DNA from: Pocillopora damicornis | Taxonomy: Eukaryota | Length of the DNA: 64,000 nucleotides | Direction: 5' to 3' | Assembly: GCF_003704095.1 (NCBI RefSeq) | Contig: NW_020843402.1 | Span: forward strand, 620,001 to 684,000 | Part shown: positions 54,024-64,000 of the stretch, in pieces | How the letters are laid out: every line of letters starts with the position of its first letter | How positions within the stretch are numbered: position 1 is the stretch's first letter | Notes under the pieces: generated by a model | What the model saw: only the letters and a program-made list of their open reading frames with translations | What the model was told of the DNA's origin: nothing | Database searches by the model: none | Translations under genes and position numbers: made by a program

Positions 54024-56440
54024 ACTTATGTTATTTAGTGTAAATAAACAAAACACAGTTACTAGTTTGATACATCTGTGCAGTTTATAGAACCATGAGA
54101 TGCATTTATCATACTCTGTTTTTATGTTACCAAAATGTAGTATTAGCTTTCATGCATCAATACTTTAGATTGTGAACAGTTCCTCTCAATTTTGCACAAA
54201 TGCTGCATACATTGCATGTAGAATTGTATATGGAACCACCACAATCTTAGATTATATGACATTAGAATTATGGGAAGGGGGGGCAGGTCAAACAACTACT
54301 GGTGTGGGAGCTCAGGGTAAGGAATAGACTAGAGATGATGTCCCCCTCACACTTACCCAGTTTTGTGCTATTGGTGTAGACAGTCTTGTATCGCATTGTA
54401 TTTTTATATGTTTCATACATTGTACATTGCTCTTTCAAAAGAGAAATTAACAACATTCATTTTAAACATAAATTTTTTAGGATGTTAATGTTTTTTTTTT
54501 TTGTTTGCTTATATTTATTTAACAAGTATTTTGCATAGCAGGACATTCCTGAAAATAAATAGCTGACAAGGTGTTACATTTAAACTTAAGGCTTATGTTG
54601 GATGTGCTTGAAACCTGAAGGCATTTCAAATTCAAATTTGAGAGCTATTACTGTGTTATATGTTTGGACTGTAGAAGAATTGAATTTGGTTAAAAATTTT
54701 GATCAGAAGGCTCTCAAGCAATTGGCATGAAATTTCCAATTGTGAAGGAGAGGATGAAAAGAATATATTGTCTCATACATGTGGCAGCATGAGAGAAGCC
54801 TTCAAGAAACAAAATAGCTTTCTATTTTGTTTCACTATACACATAGGAAACTTTGTCAATTGATCTTTCCATCCTTAAATTTTTAAATTAATAATTATAC
54901 AATGCCATCTCTTCAAAAATTGGAGAGCATTATACCAACAACATATACAAATTTCTGTTCTGGGCATGGTGTTGGATTTTAAAATTTTTTCTAGCATTTG
55001 TCAAAAGGGAAGAAAAGTAACTTTTCATTTGCTAGCAATTTGCACTAATTCAAAATAATGTTTTACCTCAATATTTTTCAAAAATGTTGGATATATACCC
55101 CACCACTTTGCAGCATGACAAATATCAACCACTAATTACCTCCACTTTGGTGAATAATTGTTAATTATTGCAAGTTAATTTGACACTGTCTTAATTGTAA
55201 CAGGCTGAACTGACCTCCACCTTAAAAAAAAGGTAAAAATGGAAAAAAAAAACAAAAACAAAAGGTTACTGTGTAAATTAAATATGCTTATACTCTATAT
55301 GTACTTACCCATCAGTTTTAACAAAGCTACATTTAGTACTAATTGTTTATTTCTCAGCTATAATGGTTACTGTTACTTGTGGGCTATTCAGGGAGTGCTC
55401 TAGCCTTAGTCAGTTAGAGAATTGCAAATAAATTATTATGAGATATCTAATAGTTAAGTTTTAACCAAATTGTTATTGATGATTTTATTTTGACTGTATT
55501 TTTTAAATTGTTTTTACCTATAGTGTACATGTATGCTAAGGTTTGCATAAAAACCTGTCACATTTAACACAAAAAAAAAATTGATTTTTTTTTACTCTTT
55601 ATCTGATCAGACTATTTATCATTTACTTGTAGCAGGTATTGAATTATTAGTTAAAGACAACTTCCAAGTGCATCCTTTAAGTCAACAACAGAAGTTATTT
55701 TTTACCCTTTCGCTGCAAAACCCACTGAGAAGTCCTGTGCTAATGCAAATCAACTTATTTTTCAGAATTCAAACTTGTTTTGAGTTTTATAGGCCAGGAT
55801 ATTTTACATCTCCATCGCCAGGAATTTGACTGGTACTCTCTAACTTTCAATGTACTGAGTAAGTCATGTAGGCACACAAACTGCAAATTGAGTGATGTAG
55901 TGAATACATCAAAGAGGCAGTGGAGGGGTGAAGCAGTACCACTTTCCATTCAAAATCCACAACCAGATAATGGACTTGTTGTCATTGGTGGAGATTTAAG
56001 CTGTATGGGTACTAGTAAATGTATTAGCATAAATCATATTCTTGCATTAGCATGCATACCAAAATTATGTAAAACAAGAAAAGATTTTGATTCTACCAAA
56101 GTTTCAACCAAAAAAAAAGACCACATAAGGATACATAATTTCTTGTGCTAGCTGATGGAATAATTTTGTGGGAATTACATGTGATTACTCTAAGCAGTCT
56201 GTATAGATATTGTAGAAACAAATATAGTTTTGAGAGTACAGCACATTGTCACATTCAATAGTGTAGAATGATTTAGTGCTAAGGGTGAAAAAATGTCACT
56301 TTTAAAAAATTCCAATCTTGGGAAATGTAAAGATGGGTTTGGTTACCACCTGTAAGGGGGTTCTGCCGTCAATGTGAAATCTGGAGATGTTTGCCTCATG
56401 GACCATCTGATTCACCTGTACCCCATTCCTTTTAAACCTT

Positions 56441-56620
56441 TTAAACCTTTCACTCCCAAAATCTCTTAAGAAATTCTCCTTACTATCTGCCATACAATTC
56501 ATATCACAATACCTCAGAGAATTTGGTACTGGATCATCTGATAAACCTCTTCTTCTTATCACTTTTCCACTTGATATTGGATTGATATTGTAATGATATT
56601 GTAATGAGAAGTACTCATTT
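56441..56620 (+). mobile_element. Truncated piggyBac-like MITE copy
   Basis: ttaaacctttcactccc...cagagaatttggtactggatca...gatattgtaatgagaa is similar to 26774-26981. Confidence 0.6.
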
Positions 56621-57046
56621 ACATGTAACTGAGAGATTGAGCACACTACAGGAGATATGAGAAATTTGTTCTTCATCCAGGAGATTCCAGTAAAACTAGG
56701 GGGAGTTGGCATATATCACACATTTTGACTTACTTTCCATTGTATTTTATCTTATACCTTGGATTAGAAGTCACTTTTGAAGGCAAAGGTTGTGAAACAA
56801 GAAATGTCTTTTTTAACTGGAACTGTAACAGTTGTTTTCTATTGTTGTCCAAGAACATGACCTTTGGCAGACTCTCAAACATTTCCTATGTTAACCGAGA
56901 GGTATGCAAAATGGCTGTGTGAATCACATTTCAAAGAAGCATTTTAACTCCTTGGTTTGCCCATTACCTTCACTGCAGTAAAGAGTAATTTTGTGCTAAA
57001 CACTCTTCTGATTGATAGGGATGTCTATGATTATGCTATAAAAAGT

Positions 57047-59498
57047 TTAAAAGTACCAGTTAGATTTAACATGGTGGTTCAGTTCCTGTGAATCTCTCAC
57101 ACTTTGATCATACTCCTGCCACCAAAGATCCCTCTGACCATCACTATCATGGTTAGATGAATGAGCAAAATTGTACTTTTCTGGTCTTGGACAGCCATAA
57201 TGTTCTTGAGAGGCAAAATACTTATTTTCCACTTGACCTGCTGCTTTGCGCTTTAAATTTTCATGAATTCTATCACAAACAAAACACTCAAATCCTGTAA
57301 CATAATTCTGTTCCTCATAGGATGTCCCCCATGGTCGGTTTTTCATGAACGATAATAGTCTCTCATTAGTAATTCCTTGATCTTTAAATTCTAAGTACTT
57401 GGCATATTCTTTATCATTTTTATCCAGCTTTTTAATGAAATTAGCCAGATCCTTTGGACTTTTGAAATCATCCACATTTATAATAGTGTGATTATTTGGC
57501 ATCCAGTCCTGGATGCTTGGTGATCCTTTATAAATTGGCACAGACCCTAAGACAAGAGGTCTCCAGAGTTTTTCAGTTATGTAGTCTTCACAAATTGCAT
57601 TCTCAAAGGCCAATGTAAACTTATACTTTGCAATAATATCATGGAAACCATCATCATCCATGGTTAAAGGACTCTTAAATGCTTCTGGAAGATCTTTATT
57701 GTGCAAGCAGGCCCCATAGGAGTCTATTTTTATAAATTTCATTAGCTCTGTCACAAATTCATCTCTGTCAGAGGGTGGATTACATCCGCTCTGGACATAC
57801 ACAACTGATGCAAGATCATAAGTGCTCTTCTCATGGATGTCAAACCTTGGCTTCTTCAATAATTCAGGTATAGATGACAGCATTTGAGTGATTAATGGGT
57901 AATCTGATGATCTCCGAAATGTAGCAGTGTGGTTAAAAAGTTCAATGGTAGTATCATGGTGGAGAAGAGGGTTGTTTTTTGGGGATTCTTCATGGAACAG
58001 GCCCCATTCATGGTGTCCTGATAATCAGAAAGATATATGAGTTAGACTGTGTAGAAACACCAGTTTTTCCTGGCAGGCCATACTCTTATTTTATTTTTCA
58101 GTTTTTGTCACAATGTGCAGGTTATGCAAGGCAGGGCATGCTAAAAAAATTTGTGGCTGTTGTTAGTCCATAATCATGTCACCTTCATTCTCATTACCTA
58201 ACAAAGTCTGAAACCACTGATTGCCTCTAGGGGTAAAAGCATGTAAAGAAAGGTAACTGATCCCTTAAAACTGTATGTATTGCATGCACTTTAGAACTAC
58301 AGATCATATATATGACTAAATTTCCTGACAAATAGTGGTAAGTAATAGCGAAAAAAAGGTCTTACCAAGCCTTGGTAATGGAAGGTCTGTTGGAGTGAAA
58401 TATGTACCATAGAACAGAAAAGCCTGGGTTCTTGGATGTGTTTTAAATTTGCGTGCCTCTGTGAAATAGCACTCCCCAAGTTTACATCTCTTGATATCAT
58501 TTCCATGTGTAAAAGAGGTCCACCAGATAATTATGGGCAATTTGTACTTGGCTGCATATGCTGCAGGCTTGCGCAGGTTTTTCAAGGTGTGGTCAATGCT
58601 ATCATAGTAAACTTCTTCTGAAAGATAATGCAAGTGAAATAAACAAGACAAACTGCATTGGATTAAATAAGGTAAAATAACTAGTTATTGTTACAGTCTG
58701 ACTTCCATGGTACTGAACCAGCCCAGTTAATTAATGCACCTGACAGGTATGCATTCTGGACTTTCTCTGAAGCAGATCAATTTGGCTGGCTCAGTTTTCA
58801 GGAACTCCCCTCATTACCAGGTACTATGTGAAAGGTGGGATCTGTTCATCAAGATCTCCATAATAGGGGGAAATATTCCCTATGGACAATTGAGCTTAAT
58901 AACCAGAATTAACTAGAAAAGTAACTCCTTGTTAATTTTGGTAACTTGGCTGAAATTCCTAGACTGATATTCAATCGAGCTGAAATGCCAGGAAATTCCG
59001 CATTTATTCATCCGAAATTCTGAATGGACATCAGTTTCCCCAATTCCCACCACCGCCATCCTTTCCTCTTTCAAAAGAAACAAACAATAATTTAGCATGT
59101 TATCAGGGCTCATCGTTCCGTCATGCAGGACTGAGCAAAAATCGTGCATACAATGAGGCCGGAAGTGCTGACGCTGACGGTAGTCCCACTACGTATAAGT
59201 ATTTGAAAATCATCGTTGGACGAAACATGAGATTTGTACAGTCTGCGATATGCCCACCTTCAGAATATCGTTCATTCCAATTTTCATCCACCTCTAGAAA
59301 ATTGAATATTTTATCTTCCGTTTCCTTGATTCCAACAGCGTCCACACTCCATGATTGGATCACCTCTCCACCTTCATCAAAGAAGGTTTCATCATCATCG
59401 AAGCTCAAAAAAATATTAGTGGATAGCAGAAGTATCGTAAGCACCAAACACAAGACAACAAATTTTCGGAAGGAAATCCAGGATCCGCTCACCGCCAT
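57047..59498 (-). CDS. FUT11: GT10 fucosyltransferase of the FUT10/FUT11 (POFUT3/4) family; exons 59498-59258, 58617-58366, 58017-57047
   Basis: Type II anchor; PIIIWWT, FLFYGT.F...DLPLPR, WGLFHEESPKNN, FNHTATFRRSSDYP, VVYVQSGCNPPSDRD, IDSYGACLHN, YKFTLAFENAICEDYITEKLWRPLVLGSVPIYKGS. Phase-1 GT-AG introns. FUT10 versus FUT11 cannot be resolved by eye. Confidence 0.92.
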
Positions 59499-59723
59499 TC
59501 GCTAGTTGCGACAGGAAGTGCGAAGTGAACGGCGGGAAAATAAATGAAAGAAATTAAACTCATTTTGATTGGTCATTTTTAGACAAATCATAATAAATTG
59601 GACCAATCACACATCATGATATAATGGTTTTTGACTATTGTACCACGTTTTTTAAGAGATCGTGAACTCGCTTTCGAAGCCTGTGGCAACTTTTCGTGCG
59701 AGTCAGCAAATTACAATTTAGAA
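59499..59723. promoter_or_regulatory. Bidirectional promoter between FUT10/11 and MRG15
   Basis: The ATGs are divergent and 225 bp apart. ETS caggaagtg (59512-59520), E2F-like ggcgggaaaa (59531-59540) and two opposed CCAAT boxes (gattgg ~59567, ccaatc ~59603). Confidence 0.7.
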
Positions 59724-62700
59724 ATGCCTCCTAAATTGAAATTTGGCGAAGGAGAACGTATTCTATGCTACCACGGTCCTTTGATATACGAAGCAAAGTG
59801 TATGAAAGGGCAGATGAAGGATAAAGTGACAAGATATCTCATTCATTACAATGGTTGGAACAAAAATTGGGACGAGTGGGTACCGGAAAATCGGGTGCTC
59901 AAATTTAACGAGGCTAATCTTCAAAAACAGAGGGAGCTCAGAGAACAAAACTTGTAAGTCTTTTTGCAGTCTCCGAAGAACTTTAATCGTATCTTCGCGA
60001 AAAAAACCGATAACCTGTGTTCGAAGTTCGTAGATCAGTCTCATCAGTCTCCGGTTCTGCTAACCACGTGCGCTGTAGTTGATGCAAGAAACCTTTCTCT
60101 TTCTTTTTCACAGATGTGCGGCTTAATTGAAACGTATACGTGGCTGTTGTTAATTGTGCTTCTCTTAAGTCTAAAGTGAAATTCACCAATTATTCATTTT
60201 CGTGATGGAGTTAAGAATTTTTTTGGTTTTTATTTTTAGCAAATTACAAACACAACCTCATGATTGAGCTAGCTTGAGTTTATATTTGCTAGCAGCAAAA
60301 CTAGCTCATAGACAGAAATAGTACAAATTTGGATATATCGTGTCCATGGAATTGGCTGTAACAGGATAAATTCTACTGTCGTCAACTTTCATAAGTAAAT
60401 ATTTATCAAGGGATCGGAGTTAGTTGGATCAATACAATGCTTTAAAAGCTGTGCTGTCTTGGAAAACTAAGATAATGCAAGACCAGAACGATGCAAAACA
60501 ATAAGTTTTACTAAGCCTCATTCATTGTGTCTAATCCCAATAATATTATTTTGATTATTCCAAATCACTTTGAGGGGTTTTTCTCAGTAGCTATTTAGTT
60601 GTCAAAGCAAGGTACATGCAATTCAACAGTGGAAGTCTGTTGCATAAGATGTGATTGTAAACTTGATGGGAGGAATTCTTTTCAAAAGTGGTGCATGAAG
60701 TTAATGGAATTTTAAAGGAACCAGGAGATATGTTGTCTTCCCTGTAGATGCAATTTTATGGTTTATTGCATGGTATCAATCCCACCTTTCCTCACCAATC
60801 AAACAAAACAGTACTGTAGTTATTGTTTGAATACAATACACAAAACAAAGGCATTGCTGACAATATTGGATGCAGAACCAAGAAGAGTCAGGGAAAGCTT
60901 AACTAATTCTTGCCAAGTAATATCTTTTTTTTCCACATTGCTATTAATGATGAACATTTTATCCGAGTGATATTGTCTTTGGAAATGTCTGGAGAGAAGC
61001 GCATGTCAGCATCAAATTTTCAATATGAAGATAACACACTGTTTGAGGGGTTCTACAGTAATTTGGCGATATTTTGTAATCATGAGAGTGTTTTTGAGAG
61101 AGAAATGTAGAACAACCTTAACCAAATGTTAAATGTGATTTAATATGAAAGTTCTTGTTTGTCTGTTTTTGTTATTATTGTGGTAAAATCTCTATGAAGA
61201 ACTGTGAATGGGATTGAAGTTAATTGGCACAGCTTTGAAAAAAGCCATTAGTAACTCAATTCTCAGTGACTGCTTGTAGAATTTGAAGTTTCTTTCTAAT
61301 TTACTTGTACCATCATGGTTGTAATGGCTTTGTCTCTTGCCTGGTGAGGTGATGGAAATAGTCATAGCTCTTTTGGGTTTGGGTTTTGGTTATTGGCTGG
61401 GATTTTTCAACAAAATATTTACTGTGGCTGTCTCAAAATATCCAATATCAACTAAGTGAAGTATTTGAATTCACACCTGTAAAATGTTGGGATAAACTGA
61501 CAAATGAATGGCTGGTAAACCTGTACAGACTGAATTTTTATTTTATATCTTATTTCAAAAACTGTGACTGCATATTTTTTTCTCCAAGCACTTAGGTTCC
61601 ATTGAGGTAAATTGAAACCTCTTTGCATTGCATATTAGGTTTTAACCTTTCTGTTTCCAGAACATTCTTTAAAAAATATTGTGAAGTTGTGCTCAGACTC
61701 AGAAACAATTGGTTGTACAAATATCTGTTATTCAAAGATGAAAGTTTATCACTGGTCCTTTGATTTAAATTATTTTATTTGGAAAAAGTTAAAATCAGTA
61801 GCAGCTTTGCCAATTAACCAAAAAGTCAAGACATATATGCTCATGAAAGATAGTTGTTTGCAAATTTTACACAGCAGTTGAATACGGGCTGTGAAAGAAG
61901 AACAGTGTGGTGCAAAGTTGTGAAGAGCCTCACATAGTAATCAAGCAAAAATCATTTTCATTCTACCCACAGGGTACACACAGTTATTGTGCTATCTATT
62001 TCACTTCAAAGAAAAAAATTTGAACAATTTAGTGGTGAATGACAGTTTTTATTTCTACAGATTTTTATTGAAATATTGCTGTGCACTGTATGACATTAGG
62101 GTGCTGCTTGGGTCTTTGGTTTACAAATGATTTTGTTCAGAGATACTTATCAAGAGCATTCCAGGCTGTGACCATTTTGGTTGCTGTGGCAAGTTGTAGA
62201 AATTTTTAGTGCAAAATTTTCACACATGGTTATCAGACCAGTGACTTGTATCTAGTGGTTGTGCAGAAAGCTGTAACATTTTTTGTCACTTATTGTTTAG
62301 GGTCCTAAGTTAAAGGGTTCTTTTTTCAAGCATTTTGTTAGTTAAAGAATAAATGAAGAAAGTGTTACTCACCAGCTTAGGTTTGTTCATATTGGGGAAA
62401 ACTATCACCTCTGTCTTGAGTATTGCCTTCAGCATTGGGCAGTATCTAAGACATAGGGCACAAATTTTCCTGATATAGACCTCCTGGCTGGTGAATAACA
62501 TACATTAATTAATACTCTGACACTGCCTTTTTCATCTGTATTTTGTTTCATTTTTTCCCTCAAAAGAGAAATTGACTTGGGGCAAACATTTTAAGTTTTT
62601 TTGGGTGGCTAGATGATGGCATCTAAAAGTGTTGAACTTTGAGCTCTAATGTGAATGTGAAAATTCACATTTATCTTCAATTTATTTTTTTTATTTTAAC

Positions 62701-63431
62701 TTCCATCATAATGATGTGTTAAGTTAAGACTCTGACTTAGAAAACTGTTTTCTTTTGGCAGAAAAAGCAAGAAATCAAGAAAGAGAACAGACAAACAAGG
62801 AGGGGACAGTGAGAAACCTTTGAAACGCGAGTCAGTTGTAGATGCCCCTGGGCCAGCACGGAAAAAGAGATCAAGGATAGTTAATCCAATAGAAAATGAT
62901 GAAAACTACATATCACGTGTTGATGTAAAAATAACTATTCCAGATGATCTCAAACAATGGCTCATAGATGACTGGGATCTTGTTACTCGGCAAAAACAGC
63001 TTGTCCCTATTCCAAGGAAAAAGAATATTAAAGAAATTTTGGATGAATACATAAAATCAAGAACTGCTAATCCCGATGAAGGGTTCAAGCCAGGAGTTGT
63101 TCAAGAGGTTGCAGATGGTATTCAGGAGTATTTTAATGTTATGCTTGGAACACAGTTGCTCTATAAGTTTGAAAGGACTCAGTATGGCGATATTCTTGCT
63201 GAACACACAAATCTTCCCATGTCTCATTTATATGGTGCAGAACACTTGCTTAGACTTTTTGTGAAGTTAGGGAATGCCTTGTCTTTTTCCAACTTGGATG
63301 AAAAAAGTGTTCAATTTGTGGTTACGCACATTCAAGACTTCCTAGACTATCTGTCAAAGAAAGCAGATAGTTTGTTTACCACAGACTATGAGACTGCCAC
63401 ACCAGAGTACCATCGCAGGGCAGCAACGTGA
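59724..63431 (+). CDS. MORF4L1: Mortality factor 4-like 1 (MRG15/Eaf3): chromo-barrel + MRG domain; exons 59724-59953, 62762-63431
   Basis: KFGEGERILCYHGPLIYEAKC...YLIHYNGWNKNWDEWVPENRVLK; LKQWLIDDWDLVTRQKQL, GIQEYFNVMLGTQLLYKFERTQY, YGAEHLLRLFVKLG, ATPEYHRRA. The phase-2 intron TT|gtaagt...gcag|A is in frame. Confidence 0.96.
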
Positions 63432-64000
63432 AGTATTTAAAGACAGCAATGTGAATTATTTTATGACTAATGACATAAATTTTCAAATTCCATGCACTCT
63501 TTCATGTAAACTGCAACAGAATGTGGTAAATTAAACTTTTCAGAAGGAAACATATCTCAAGTTTTGAATGCAGTGCTTTGTTTTCATGAATTATACAGAC
63601 TTTGTTTTAAAGTGTGTTAGTTTTGGACTAACTGTTAATCTACGTAGTAAAGTTTTATCTCTTCACTAGGCCTCCAAACATGGTTATGAAAATTATCTCT
63701 CTATGATCCCATATTTTGTATTTACTAAGTAGTGTATTAAACATGCTTTGTGTCTATAGTTTACTTATGCATTGATAAATGTTTGAAGCTTCAACATCCC
63801 CTCCCCCCTTGCCTTTAGTAACCTCTTGGCATTTGAACTTTTGAAGACTGTTTTGTTCAAATTCCTGCTTCCCAGAAAAATAATTGTGTTTAAATGCCTC
63901 ACTTAATTTTTGTTGTAAATGCAAAATAAGAAACTATGACTTTTTTCACAATGGCCGAGCCTTAAGACCTAGACCTTGCTATTTTCTGCCAAGAGTGAAC

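Overview
AT-rich, intron-containing animal genomic DNA, most likely a stony coral or other anthozoan cnidarian (inferred from gene complement and repeat types). It is not prokaryotic. From hand-assembled GT-AG exon chains the window contains, left to right: (1) a K50 paired-class homeobox gene most like Dmbx (-), followed about 14.7 kb away by Pitx (-); (2) a multiply disrupted pseudogene of a type II membrane Cys-rich + GDS/SGNH (NXPE/PC-esterase-like) protein (+); (3) two tandem paralogues (-) encoding type II TM anchor - furin site - short collagen - 3 Ig - Caspr/neurexin-IV-type fibrinogen-like domain; (4) a Mutator-type foldback MITE with a 9-bp TSD; (5) a 4-exon secreted Kunitz + degenerate thyroglobulin-1 gene (-) that the ORF track misses; (6) a testican/SPARC-like gene (-) with EC + TY domains and no follistatin/Kazal module; (7) an unknown 5-exon gene (+) with a Cys/His-rich, possibly WRKY/GCM/MULE-fold N-terminus and a coiled coil; (8) FUT10/11 (-) head-to-head with MRG15/MORF4L1 (+). 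Small repeats include piggyBac-like MITEs, a tRNA-derived element and a palindromic element with a degenerate minimal hammerhead ribozyme. The most promising leads are the sheddable collagen-Ig-FReD pair and the Kunitz-TY/testican cassette. Exon boundaries were read by eye and no database searches were run.
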